64,000 nucleotides of DNA from the IMG/VR virus record IMGVR_UViG_3300023109_000009; one strand, given 5' to 3'. This stretch comes from an uncultured virus (IMG/VR IMGVR_UViG_3300023109_000009). Its lineage: Duplodnaviria > Heunggongvirae > Uroviricota > Caudoviricetes. This document shows, in pieces, positions 36,667 through 48,300 of the stretch; the first letter of the stretch is position 1; each line of letters begins with the position of its first letter. The notes under the pieces were generated by a model. It was not told the origin of the DNA. It searched no databases and saw only the letters and a list, made by a program, of their open reading frames with translations. A program made the position numbers and the translations under genes.

Positions 36667-38289
36667 ATGCCAGAGATTTTAACAACAGAATATAAGACAG
36701 ACGCCTGTAGACGTTTTGCGCAAGACGTGCAAAACAATAACTATTACGTTATGGTGTCGTCTATCGAAGAGTTCGTGCCAGATGATACCCAGATATCTAA
36801 AAATGCTTTTTTAGAGAAAGTTATTTTTGGTAAGAAAATTAAACCCGAAGATACTCACTTTATGATTAAGTATTATCCTTGGCAGCGAGATCAGATATTC
36901 GTGCAGTACGATGACAACGAGCCACTCGATGAGCAAAAGTTCTACTGTGTCGTTGGTCCGAATGATAACGATACTGGTGATTATCGTATATATAAATGCC
37001 TATTCAATAACTACGGTGCAGGTGTACAAAGCCCACCGGCATACAATGATTCCTCAGACGATCAAATCTATCGAACAGCAGATGGTTATATTTGGAAGTT
37101 CATGTATGTGGTCTCGGCATTAGAAGAAGATGCTTATAGTCACATTGGTTATATTCCATTGGTAGGCGACTTTAATCAGGATCCAGCAGCCTCTCCTAAT
37201 GGAGGTGGCGGTATTTCAGATATTTTGGTTGAGAACAATGAGCAAAACTTTGGATATGTTGAAGAGCAAGGTCGAGTAACTGCGGCAGACGTTGTTAACC
37301 GTGTCGTTGAAATCGTACCTTCTACCACATTCAACCCAAGACAAAATTATTATAACGGTCAATCCATTTATTTTAATAACCCCGATGGTTCAACATATCT
37401 TTATAAAATCACAGGTTATGTCTACGACGATACTTCAAATAAAGCAGATATAACACTTGACCAAGATCCTGTCACGCAGGGCGGTGGAACATCGGTAGTA
37501 AAAGAAGCAGCTACATTCAGTATTTTCCCGACAGTCAAAATAGAAGGGGATGGTACTGGTGCAGTCGCGATACCCAATATCGTTGAAAATACAATTGATA
37601 CAGTGATTGTATTAGACCCAGGTACTGGTTATAACAGTGCTTTGGCTACCATTGTCGATCCTGAAAATGATTTCAATCCGGACGCGACAAACAGTACTGA
37701 TGTAAGAGCCCAGGTTCGTGCAATTCTTACTCCAGATGGTGACCACGGATATAATTTAATTGATGAATTTAAATGTCGTCATTATTCCCTTTATGGTTAT
37801 ATCACAGGTGACGATAATAATCAAATTGGTGCGACCAATACATATGGCTGTGTAGGTATCGTGAAGAATCCAGAATTCTCTACAGTATCACCACCCATCG
37901 TATTTGATAATCGAATTGGTATTGTATCTGATAACATTGATAGAATTACATTAAACGATTCGGTCGTACAATTAGATTCAGATAATGAGATACAATTCTC
38001 GGGCATCATACATGAAGTCGATGCAGATAATGAAACTTTTTATATCGCAGAATACATGGGACCATATGTAAATGGAACCGATGGTGAAGGTGATACATCA
38101 TTGAATCTTAATTTACCAATAAGAAATTCCACGGGCCAAACAATTGAAATAAATACACCGGAAGCAGATAATGTGACCTTCTCACCTTATGTACAACGCA
38201 CTGGCAAGATTTATTTTATGGAGAACTTCAAACCATTACCTCGAACAGAAGGATCAAGAGAAGAATTTAAGTTCGTATTAGAATTTTAA
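36667..38289 (+). CDS. gp8: Baseplate wedge subunit
   Basis: YRIYKCLFNN, TADGYIWKFMY, IEGDGTGA, GIVKNP, GKIYFMEN..P..R....EEFKFVLEF. Confidence 0.9.
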   Translation: MPEILTTEYKTDACRRFAQDVQNNNYYVMVSSIEEFVPDDTQISKNAFLEKVIFGKKIKPEDTHFMIKYYPWQRDQIFVQYDDNEPLDEQKFYCVVGPNDNDTGDYRIYKCLFNNYGAGVQSPPAYNDSSDDQIYRTADGYIWKFMYVVSALEEDAYSHIGYIPLVGDFNQDPAASPNGGGGISDILVENNEQNFGYVEEQGRVTAADVVNRVVEIVPSTTFNPRQNYYNGQSIYFNNPDGSTYLYKITGYVYDDTSNKADITLDQDPVTQGGGTSVVKEAATFSIFPTVKIEGDGTGAVAIPNIVENTIDTVIVLDPGTGYNSALATIVDPENDFNPDATNSTDVRAQVRAILTPDGDHGYNLIDEFKCRHYSLYGYITGDDNNQIGATNTYGCVGIVKNPEFSTVSPPIVFDNRIGIVSDNIDRITLNDSVVQLDSDNEIQFSGIIHEVDADNETFYIAEYMGPYVNGTDGEGDTSLNLNLPIRNSTGQTIEINTPEADNVTFSPYVQRTGKIYFMENFKPLPRTEGSREEFKFVLEF

Positions 38290-38304
38290 GGAAGCGGATT
38301 AAAA

Positions 38305-41300
38305 ATGCCAATCAATACAGATCTCAATGCAGCACCATATTTCGATGATTTCGATATAGAAAATCAATATCATCGTGTGTTGTTCAAACCGGGCTACGCC
38401 GTTCAAGCGAGAGAGCTGACACAACTGCAAACAATGTTGCAGAGTCAGATTGAACAGTTTGGCGATAATATCTTCAAAGAAGGATCTATCGTAAAAGGTT
38501 GTAACTTTACCGAATTAGATGATCTTCAATTTGTCCGACTCCAAGATATTTGGACACCCTATGTAAGTGGTGTTCCACAAGATCCAACCGCGTTTGACCC
38601 ACGCCCATATATACCCCAGCGAATCACAGAAACCGTACTCGGTGTAGAAACAGAATTCGATTTAATTTACCAACTTACTGGTGAAACTACAAACCTCCGT
38701 GCAAATGTGATTGCGTCTGACCAGGGTGTCGAGGTAAGAACGCCGAACCTGAATACATTCTATATTAGCTATCTCAACTCAAATGAGGCTAATAACTTCC
38801 GTGTATTCCAACCTGGTGAGGTTCTTACTCTCACACGATTAAAATTCAAGGCCGGTACTCAGAACCCAGAAGCATCAGATGTTGAGGTTGTTCTAGGTAA
38901 AGTGAGTTCGACCAATGTGGTAGCTACTACTGGTAAATCATTCGGTATTCAGTCTGCACCTGGTATTATTTTCCAAAAAGGACATTTCCTCTTTGCAGAT
39001 GCCCAGACACTTGTCGTTTCGAAATATAATAATCTGCCAGATGAAGTTAACGTAGGTTATCTAGTAAAAGAGAGCGCAGTTGCTGCAATCAATGATGACA
39101 GTCTCTATGATAATGCTAACGGTTCAAAGAATGAGAATGCGCCGGGTGCTGATAGATTAAAACTTGTTCCATCGCTGACAGTATTTACTTCTACATCTGC
39201 AGAAAATAATGCTGATTTCTTTTCATTGGTTCGATATCAAAATGGTAATGCGATCACCCTTCGTGACGTATCTCAGTATAATGTATTAGGAGATGAGCTT
39301 GCCCGACGAACATATGAAGAATCTGGCAACTATGTTTTAGAAAGATTCCCGCTCAGTACAGATGATCGTCTTCCTGCTGGTGCTGCAAATACCGAGGTCC
39401 ATGCTATCTTAGGGCCAGGTATTGCGTACGTCAAAGGTTATAGGGTTGAAAATAGCGCAGACCGTTCATTCATAATTGACCAAATCGCAGAAACTGAAAC
39501 CGTATCCAATCAATCCGTTTCATTCCAGTACGGTGGTGGCATTCCTATCAATGTTGCGGCCGATGGTAGTTGGGTATCTTCTGGTACCACTGACGTTGAT
39601 TGGCAATCAGTATTGGTACGAGACGACGGTAACACTCCCATTGGTGATGCAGTTGTATATAATATCACCCCCACCGATGTCTATATGACTGGTGTCCAAT
39701 TATCGGGTGGAGCAAGAGCTGGAGATATTCACGAATTATTTGATAATAACGGCGTCATTAGATTTGATGGTGATTATGGTACTTCAACATCCCTCGGCGC
39801 AACCCAGAGACAAAGTTCCAGTGAGGTGTTGATATTCCCAACTGGTCACCGCAGCCTTTTCTCAACAGAAAAAATGGCAATTCCGGTAAGGGTTCGTGAA
39901 AACATAACTGGAATCTCAGGCAATCAAATTACCATTAACGCAGATCCCGGTGAAGATTTTAATTGTAATAACGATGAAATTCTAGTTGTGGCAAGTGGAC
40001 CATCAATGGTTCGAGTTGCAAGTTATTCTACCGGTCCCAATAACAGTTCACTTATTATTAACTGTGAACCCGCAGATAATGTTGGCACACAGGCTACAGT
40101 ATATTTCAATAAGCGATTAGTCGGTGGCACGGTAGATGGTGTTTCTCCTTATGATAAATTGGTCAAGACACCTTTTGTCAAGGCTAGTTACAGCCCAGGT
40201 GATGCCAAATATAATTTAGGTTTCCCCGATGTATTTGATATTATGAGCATCACGGATGCCAATGGTGACGATTTCACCAATAGCTTCAGATTACAAAGCA
40301 ATCAAAAAGATACGTACTACGATCAATCATACATCGAGTACGTTCCAGGCAGACCACAACCAGCTAGTGGTGTGATGTCAATTCAATTGAAGGTATTCCA
40401 AATTAGCTCTGGAAGTGGTGAATACTTCTTCACGATTAACAGTTATCCCAATACCTTAGATAGATTTGATATTCCAGTATATCGTGCGAAGAATGGTAGT
40501 GCTTATAATCTTCGTGAGTGTCTTGATTTCAGACCTTACGTGGATAAGGCATCAAACGTGGGCTATGATGATAATCTTGCGGCCGCTCAGATTCCTAATG
40601 TGGCAGTAGGAGCAAATAGTAAGACATTTACTGCTTTGACTCCAATCACTCCAGCTCGTAATGCATCTGCCAGCATGGAGGTCACATATTATCTCCAGAG
40701 AGTCGATACCATCGTGTGTGATTCTTATGGTGGCATTAAGGTCATCAAAGGCCGAGAAGAGAAATTGGCCGTACCACCGGCAATCGAAACAGACCAAATG
40801 TCACTCGGTAATGTATTCGTGCCAGGTTATCCTGCGCTCTCAGAAAGAGAAGCAAGCAGAACTGGTCGTAAAGCTTATGGAGTTCATACTCAATCTACCG
40901 GTATTAAAGCATTCACAATGAAGGATATGCACAGTCTAGGTAAGCAGATTGATCGTCTTTCATATTATGTTTCTTTGAGCCAACTCGAGGCGTCGACACA
41001 GAATATGTTCGTCCCCGATGAAAATGGCTTAGATAGATTTAAGAATGGTTTCATTGTTGATCCATTCAATGATTTGAGTGTCGCTGATGTTTCGGATCCA
41101 GCATTCAAGGCAGCAGTACCCTTTAATCAAAAGATTCTAACCCCTGCTGTAAAAACATTTCCAATAGATTTGATTTATAAATCAAGTTCTTCTGCAGCCG
41201 TATTCCCCACAGTGACGAATGCCAAGGCTGCAACTCTCGGCCGTGATTCTAGTGTGGAGATTCTTTCGCAAACATATGCTACTGGATTTAGAAACTGTGT

Positions 41301-43878
41301 AAGTAATGCATATAGTTATCAAGGTATTGGTGAAATTTCACCTCCTTATGATGCTGCATATGATACTACAGTCAATCCAGCAGAAATTAATATTGATATG
41401 ACATCTGCGTTTACAGATTTCGTGGAAAACCTACAAGAATTTATTCCTCTTACCGATGTTACTACTGAAAGAGTAGTAGGTGGACTCGAACAGTGGAACG
41501 ATATCGATGGTTGGGCACCACCTCGCCAATTTGGCAGGGGCGGTAGGCAAGACTTCCAATTCCGTGGTGGGAATACATTCACTCAAAGAATTGAAACCAC
41601 TACTCGGAGTATCGAATTAAATCAAGCTGCCCAAGTTCAGAATATTGAGGTTGGAGAATTTGTTCGCAATTTCAACTTTGAACCTTATATGGCTGGCCGA
41701 GACATTAGAATTTATATGTCTGGTCTCAGACCAAGTGCAAGACATTGGTTCTTCTTTGATGGTGTAGACGTCAATGAGTACGTATTCCCAGGCACTGAGG
41801 CTGATCGAGCTGATAGTGTTCAGAGATCACGGACTGCTGGTTATGAGGTCACTACAGACGAAAATGGAGTGCTTAGAGCAGTGTTTGCGTTACCTTCAGA
41901 GACATTCTTTGTAGGTGATCGTGTACTTGAAATTGTTGATGTTGACACATATAATCAAATTGAGTCTGCTGCAATTTCAAAAGGTTTTGTCACATATAGA
42001 GCTTATAATTTCTCTGTAGAAAAGACCTCGGTTGGTGTGTCAACGAGAGCCCCGACTTTTGATATTAATACCTCATCTTCGTTTAGAAATGTGGTTCGTC
42101 GAATTCCTGCTGGTGATCCTCTCGCTCAAACATTCTTTATCAAAAAAGGTATGGGCAAAGATAGTAATAGTGTTTACATTTCTAATATCGACTTGTACTT
42201 CAAACGTAAGAGTACAGAGAATGGGGTTACAGTAGAATTGAGAGAGGTCGTGAATGGCTATCCCTCAGGTCAGGTACTGCCATTCGGTAAGGTTCACATG
42301 CTACCGGCTGGTGTAAATGTATCGGATGACTCTTCGGTTGCCACTACATTCACATTTGATGCTCCGGTAAGAATGGATGTTGAAAAAGAATACGCTGTTT
42401 CAATCAAGCCTGATGCACAAGATCCTAATTATCTGGCATTCATATCTCAGGTCGGTGGTACAGATTTAACACCCGGTGATACTCAAGGTTCTGCAATTGT
42501 ACAGGACTGGGGTGATGGTGTTTTATTCAGTTCTACCAATAATAGAGCTTGGAGATCTTACCAAGACGAAGATTTGAAATTTGTTCTTCGCAGACACAAT
42601 TTCAACGAATCAACTGGTAGTGTGACATTCACCAATAATAAACACGAATTCTTCACACTCTCCGGCGGTAATGGCCGATTCCAAACTGGTGAAGTAATTT
42701 ATCAGACTAAGGCTCTCGGTGCCGGTACGGGTACGAATGTTTCTGTATTAGGTTCTGATGCTACTAGAGTATCACTCAGTGGTAGTAGTCTTGATTCGAC
42801 TTATCTGGAAGGTGATTACATCATCTTAGAAGATGGAAGCTCTAATAAAGATATATTCCGAATCTTAAGTGTGCCAAACGCGACCACAATGACTGTTGAC
42901 AAGCCTATTAATATGGGCCCAGGTCCTGCAATATCAAACGGGCCATTCTCACACTCGCCGATCGTGATAGGTAATATTTCTTTCTGGGATCGAAATGACC
43001 CCACCAAAATGCACTTAGAGGCAAGTAGTGCGACCTCCACAAGATTCTTTGCTGGTGGTTCAGATATTAATGGTCTTGATAGTGGATTCTCTGCTACAAT
43101 TGCATCGGTTGATAACATTAACTTAAGTTATTTCCAACCCATGATAATGAAGGCTTCAGATTCAACTTCCAAGACAAATATGTTTGGAACGTTCAACCCC
43201 TACAATGATGGTGGCACTACATATGATATGCCATTGAGATTTAACGATAATAATCACTTCAACGTAAGTGGTTCAATATTATCAAGTAGAAGTAATGTCG
43301 TAACTAATCCAAACAGTACTGCAGAATTCTCACTCACTGTTGTCATGGATAATGGGGCAAATGTAACGTCTACCCCATTCGTTGACCTTGAGGTTTCTAA
43401 GTTAATTGCATATCAATATCAGGTACGAGATACAAGTGCTCCAGGTTACAGCCCATTGGCCAACCCCACATCAACTTATGTTTCAAAGCAAATTGAACTG
43501 GCTCCAGAGTTAGATGCGGAAGATATATATGTGTCTACAACCGAATATCGACCACCAGGCTCAACTGTTAAGGTATACATGCGCGCTCAGAACCAATATG
43601 ATTCTCAGGCATTCAAAGAGGTACCTTGGATTGAACTTGAAAATTTTGAAGGTGGTGACATAAGCTCTTCAATATCGGATATCAATGATTACAGAGAATT
43701 TGGCTATAGATTACCAGAGTCTGCAAAAGATGCTGCTGGTAGATATTCATATGCTAGTAACACAGGTAATAGATTATATCAGGGATATCGCAGATTCGCG
43801 ATTAAGATTGAAATGATCTCACCAAATGTTCATACCGCACCTACTCTGAGAGATTATAGAGCTATTGCGATCACTTAA
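38305..43878 (+). CDS. VrlC-like/DUF4815-type large virion structural protein
   Basis: PYFDDF...VLFKPG.AVQARELTQLQ, APGADRLK, LARRTYEESGNY, RFKNGFIVD, DPLAQTF, DLKF. Confidence 0.88.
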   Translation: MPINTDLNAAPYFDDFDIENQYHRVLFKPGYAVQARELTQLQTMLQSQIEQFGDNIFKEGSIVKGCNFTELDDLQFVRLQDIWTPYVSGVPQDPTAFDPRPYIPQRITETVLGVETEFDLIYQLTGETTNLRANVIASDQGVEVRTPNLNTFYISYLNSNEANNFRVFQPGEVLTLTRLKFKAGTQNPEASDVEVVLGKVSSTNVVATTGKSFGIQSAPGIIFQKGHFLFADAQTLVVSKYNNLPDEVNVGYLVKESAVAAINDDSLYDNANGSKNENAPGADRLKLVPSLTVFTSTSAENNADFFSLVRYQNGNAITLRDVSQYNVLGDELARRTYEESGNYVLERFPLSTDDRLPAGAANTEVHAILGPGIAYVKGYRVENSADRSFIIDQIAETETVSNQSVSFQYGGGIPINVAADGSWVSSGTTDVDWQSVLVRDDGNTPIGDAVVYNITPTDVYMTGVQLSGGARAGDIHELFDNNGVIRFDGDYGTSTSLGATQRQSSSEVLIFPTGHRSLFSTEKMAIPVRVRENITGISGNQITINADPGEDFNCNNDEILVVASGPSMVRVASYSTGPNNSSLIINCEPADNVGTQATVYFNKRLVGGTVDGVSPYDKLVKTPFVKASYSPGDAKYNLGFPDVFDIMSITDANGDDFTNSFRLQSNQKDTYYDQSYIEYVPGRPQPASGVMSIQLKVFQISSGSGEYFFTINSYPNTLDRFDIPVYRAKNGSAYNLRECLDFRPYVDKASNVGYDDNLAAAQIPNVAVGANSKTFTALTPITPARNASASMEVTYYLQRVDTIVCDSYGGIKVIKGREEKLAVPPAIETDQMSLGNVFVPGYPALSEREASRTGRKAYGVHTQSTGIKAFTMKDMHSLGKQIDRLSYYVSLSQLEASTQNMFVPDENGLDRFKNGFIVDPFNDLSVADVSDPAFKAAVPFNQKILTPAVKTFPIDLIYKSSSSAAVFPTVTNAKAATLGRDSSVEILSQTYATGFRNCVSNAYSYQGIGEISPPYDAAYDTTVNPAEINIDMTSAFTDFVENLQEFIPLTDVTTERVVGGLEQWNDIDGWAPPRQFGRGGRQDFQFRGGNTFTQRIETTTRSIELNQAAQVQNIEVGEFVRNFNFEPYMAGRDIRIYMSGLRPSARHWFFFDGVDVNEYVFPGTEADRADSVQRSRTAGYEVTTDENGVLRAVFALPSETFFVGDRVLEIVDVDTYNQIESAAISKGFVTYRAYNFSVEKTSVGVSTRAPTFDINTSSSFRNVVRRIPAGDPLAQTFFIKKGMGKDSNSVYISNIDLYFKRKSTENGVTVELREVVNGYPSGQVLPFGKVHMLPAGVNVSDDSSVATTFTFDAPVRMDVEKEYAVSIKPDAQDPNYLAFISQVGGTDLTPGDTQGSAIVQDWGDGVLFSSTNNRAWRSYQDEDLKFVLRRHNFNESTGSVTFTNNKHEFFTLSGGNGRFQTGEVIYQTKALGAGTGTNVSVLGSDATRVSLSGSSLDSTYLEGDYIILEDGSSNKDIFRILSVPNATTMTVDKPINMGPGPAISNGPFSHSPIVIGNISFWDRNDPTKMHLEASSATSTRFFAGGSDINGLDSGFSATIASVDNINLSYFQPMIMKASDSTSKTNMFGTFNPYNDGGTTYDMPLRFNDNNHFNVSGSILSSRSNVVTNPNSTAEFSLTVVMDNGANVTSTPFVDLEVSKLIAYQYQVRDTSAPGYSPLANPTSTYVSKQIELAPELDAEDIYVSTTEYRPPGSTVKVYMRAQNQYDSQAFKEVPWIELENFEGGDISSSISDINDYREFGYRLPESAKDAAGRYSYASNTGNRLYQGYRRFAIKIEMISPNVHTAPTLRDYRAIAIT

Positions 43879-43892
43879 GGATATTATACGTT

Positions 43893-44075
43893 ATGCAAAA
43901 CAAAAGAGATCCAAGAACCTCTGCGGTTTTGAGCACAGACGCCCAAGCTTTTAATAAATACAAAAGAGAACGAGAGTACTACCGAAAAGTCACTCAGATG
44001 GAATCCGACATCAGTGAAATTAGAACATGTCTGGAATCTATTTGCCAACGAATGGATAAAATAGAAAGTAGATAA
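43893..44075 (+). CDS. Small coiled-coil virion-associated protein
   Basis: RDPRTSAVLSTD pattern, typical just after VrlC-like genes; AAGGA RBS. Confidence 0.7.
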   Translation: MQNKRDPRTSAVLSTDAQAFNKYKREREYYRKVTQMESDISEIRTCLESICQRMDKIESR

Positions 44076-44077
44076 CA

Positions 44078-45250
44078 ATGGCCAGAAATATAGTAAACAT
44101 CGAAACCACGCAGACTTTTCAAAATTGGTTGGATAAAACCAATGAGATGGCTGCAGCCTTTCGCACGAACGCCATTACTGCATCTCCAACTGGTGATACC
44201 ACTGACGGAGACGCCACACTTACTGGTAATTTTAGTGCGGAAAATCTTACTGCAACCTCGGGTGTAGTATCTACTGATACGATTGCATCTGCAACTGTTA
44301 ACACTCCTATTGAGTTTACATCTGCAGCCAATTTTAACGGTAGTGATCAGGTAACTGCAACATTCACAAATAATGCTGGTGGTAGGGCTCAATTCGAATC
44401 CCCTAGTAATAGTATTGCTTGGGATGTAGGTCTTAAAGATACCGGTGGTAATTTCATTATCGATACCGGTGCTGCTCCAATTAAATTTGAGTTAACCACT
44501 GCTGGTCAATTAACTGTACCAACGATTCAAGCTACTACATACCTTGACGGAAATGGTGACCCATTCACATCTGGTTCGACCATTGATAATCTATCAGACA
44601 TTCCCGATGTAAGTACGACCTCACCAAGTAATGGTCAGGTATTAAAGTGGTCTGGATCTGAATGGGCTCCTGCAGATGACAATGTCGGTACTTCATCAAG
44701 TGGTGCTTCGATTGTAAGTGGTGATACAAATAACAATGTGATCACAGCCAATGGCTCTGGAGGTCTGGTCGGTGAACCCAATATGGCGTTCAACGGTTCG
44801 TCCTTAAGTGTAATAGGTAGTGGAATATTTACGACAGGTCTTAGTACCAATGGCCTTCTCGGCATGAACGGCACGGGAACTGCTCAAAATCCTCACGTGG
44901 CCAATGGATATCTCAAAGTTCTTGGTGATATGGGTGTTGTTGGCAATATTTCATCAACATCTGACGCAAGACGTAAAGAAAATTTAACAAGAATTCACAA
45001 TCCATTGTCAAAAGTAATGTCAATAAATGGTTATACATTTGACTGGATTGACAAGCCCAACAAAAAACGTGATACCGGCCTCATAGCCCAAGAGGTAGAA
45101 AAGGTGTTACCAGAAGCTGTCGGCACTGTATGGGGTGACGATGGTAAAGAATGGAAGTCAATTCAGTACGGTAATATGGTAGGTCTTCTTGTAGAAGCAA
45201 TCAAAGAATTAAAAGAAGAAATTGAAGAGTTAAAATCTGGGCGAGTTTAA
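44078..45250 (+). CDS. Tail fibre with C-terminal peptidase S74 intramolecular chaperone
   Basis: TFQNWLDKTN N-terminus; TSDARRKEN, GLIAQEVEKVLPEAV, YGNMVGLLVEAIKEL. Confidence 0.9.
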   Translation: MARNIVNIETTQTFQNWLDKTNEMAAAFRTNAITASPTGDTTDGDATLTGNFSAENLTATSGVVSTDTIASATVNTPIEFTSAANFNGSDQVTATFTNNAGGRAQFESPSNSIAWDVGLKDTGGNFIIDTGAAPIKFELTTAGQLTVPTIQATTYLDGNGDPFTSGSTIDNLSDIPDVSTTSPSNGQVLKWSGSEWAPADDNVGTSSSGASIVSGDTNNNVITANGSGGLVGEPNMAFNGSSLSVIGSGIFTTGLSTNGLLGMNGTGTAQNPHVANGYLKVLGDMGVVGNISSTSDARRKENLTRIHNPLSKVMSINGYTFDWIDKPNKKRDTGLIAQEVEKVLPEAVGTVWGDDGKEWKSIQYGNMVGLLVEAIKELKEEIEELKSGRV

Positions 45251-45259
45251 TTTGGTTTG

Positions 45260-45267
45260 AATAAATA
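45260..45267 (+). promoter_or_regulatory. Late promoter variant for the giant protein
   Basis: AATAAATA in the intergenic gap. Confidence 0.55.
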
Positions 45268-45320
45268 TACCATTAATATGTATCCGTCTAAATATAAGAA
45301 ATAATAAGGGTAAGGACTAA

Positions 45321-48300
45321 ATGTCTAAGATTTCAGAACTCGGGCCGATTACGGGTGCCAATACTAGGTCAGAAGACTTATTTGTCATTGTGAACCTAGT
45401 ACAAGGTGACGACGGTACTAAAAATATTACTCGAAAAGAACTCGTAGAGGCTTTACAATACGAGATTTTCAGTAGAATCCGAATTACCGGTGAATCAATC
45501 ACCACTACCTTCATTTCTAACTCGGATCTCGACAACGTTAGAATTGACAACTCTACGATGGAAGATTCCGATATCTCTCGTAGTGACTTCAATAATGGCT
45601 CACTCAGAAATTCTACTGGTGATAATCTTGTCATCATTAATTCAGAATTCAATGATGGTAATTTAGATAACGTAGTAATTGTAAATTCTCAGTTCAATGA
45701 TGGTGATTTGCTCAATGTCGATGGTGATAATGTTCGCCTGATTAATTCGACCATTGATGACAGTGCCATTAGTGATTCGACTGCTAATAATATTACAATT
45801 AGTACATCTACATTTAATAATGGCGGTATCACAAATTCTACTGCCAATAATATTACAATTACTAAATCTACGTTCGATGACGGTGCATTAACTAACAGTA
45901 CCGGCAACAACTTAGACATTACAAATTCTGATTTCGCAGATGGTAATATTGCCAACACTCAAATCACCACTTCGGTATTTGATAACGGTGCATTAACTAA
46001 CAGTACCGGCAACAACCTAGATATCGCGGATTCTACGCTCGACAATAGTACAATTACTAATTCTGCATTCAATGATGGCACTGCAGATAATGTTGATATC
46101 GTAAACTCTGATTTCTCAGACGGTACTGGTAATAATAACGTATTCACCAAGACCACAATTGATCAGGGTACAATTCAGAGCTCTGAAATTGTTGATTCTT
46201 CGTTTGCAGGCACAATGGATGGTGTTGTCGCTACAAACATGACAATCACCAGTTCAAGTGCATCAGGATTCAGCCAATCAAAATCTACATTTGACGATGG
46301 TGGTATTACACAATCCACATTTGAAAATGGTGTTATTGATCAATCCAAGCTCGTTGATTTCGACATGGAAGTCAATAAAGAGTTTGAACCTCACATTGAC
46401 GAGAACAGCTGGTTTGCACTCAAGAACGAGAAGACTGGTGAGGTTGAGAAGATTACATATGCTCAGTTCTTTGATGAGATATCGAGAACTACAGAGAGTA
46501 GCTTAAAGATTCACGTTGATGCATCCAAGGGTGATGATAAGAACCCAGGCACGATGCTTCAACCAATTCGATCACTTGAACGTGCTTCCGAACTTGCCAA
46601 AGAAAAGGCTGGTGGCACATTTGATCGAAACGCAATTAATAATGCAATTCATATCTCATGTGGACCGGGTACATATTACACGAAAGGTAATATCGCACTA
46701 CCAGATGATTGTGCCATGACCTCTACTGCTGGTCAGTATGCCACAGTGATTGAGGCGTTACCTGGCTATGAACAGAATAACGCGGTACTCGTTGGTTCAG
46801 GTTGTTACGTACAGGGCTTTGCATATCAGAATTGGAAGATTGATAACTTCGACTTCCCCGAAGGTGGTTTTGCTGTTGCATACCGACCTGGTGCTAAACT
46901 GCTCCGATCTCCATACATTCGAGATTCATCTCAGTTATCCAACTTCTTACGAGAAGACGTAGAACCACCACTGCAGCCTTTCAACACAAAAGGTAATGTA
47001 CTTGATCTCGGTAGAGAATTTATTCTCGAGGTCGGTCATACTGGTCTATTCCAACAGGATGATGAAGTTACATTCTCTAGTGGTGCCAAGGGTTATATTT
47101 CTTGGGATGACACAAAAGACACAGAGGCTGGTCTTGCACCAGATCTCGCAACCAATAGAAAAATCTTTGTTCGAAACCTAAAGAACAATAAAGGTTTTGC
47201 TGTTGGTGATTTAATTCAATCAGAGTCCGGTGGTCGTGGTACCATCGAAGAAATAGGCATCGATAACTTCCCCAACCCATTGGTTGGTCGAGGCGGTGGC
47301 TGTATGTTGGCAGACAGACGGGCTCTTGATCCCGATTCTCTCTACACATACGTTCTCTGTTTTGGTTTTACCCCTCGTTCTCAGAACGGTATGGGTTATG
47401 TAGCACGAGATGGTGCTGGTGTTAACGGAATTGGTTCTCTATCCATCTTCGTACGTGTAGCATTCTACGCGTTGAATGGTGGCCAGATGACACTGAACAA
47501 CTCTGGTACTCAGTTCGGTGATATCTCAATGAGAGCGAAAGGTTCGACTAAGATCTTTGCTCCGAAAGACACCACAGCCAATATGATTGGTAATACTGCA
47601 TTTGCTGACGTCATTAGTACCAACGAAGATTTGATCATTGAAGATATGGTCGAATTCTTGACAGCAAATACTTCATCTGGTGGTCTAGGTTATACTGGAT
47701 ATGATGCTCAGAAATGTGAGCGTGATTCTAAGATTATCATTGATGGTCTTGGCTATGATATGTCACTGGATACCAACTATTGGGGTAGACTTGCAGGCAT
47801 TTCATATCGTTCACCGATCTCCAGTAAGGTTGTGGGTGAGCAATTAGATGCTACTCTTGGTGCTAACCGATATCTACAAGCTCGAATCAATGATGTATTT
47901 ACAGGTTCGAATACAGAAATCTTTGAAAGAGCAAATACATCTTGGAACGAACTCTATAATGTAGTAGAATTCGGCGAAGAGAATATAAATCCAATCATAT
48001 TTGCCGATACTGGTGATGCTTCCAGAACTTCAGCAAGAGAGATTATACAAGATAACAGAGAATTAATTCAAGACGAATTGCTTGACTGGATTGACAATAA
48101 TGATCAATTCTATGCATACGATAGTGTCAAGTGTCGCCGAGATACCACAGAATATATTCTTCCAGCAGTAAAATATGACGCGCTTTTAGACACGAACTAT
48201 AACTCGGTTCGTGCAGGTGGTGCATATTACATGAAATCTGCTGAGAAGGTTGTAGGCCAACAACGCAATGAAACAATTGCAGCCTATAAGAGATTGAAAG

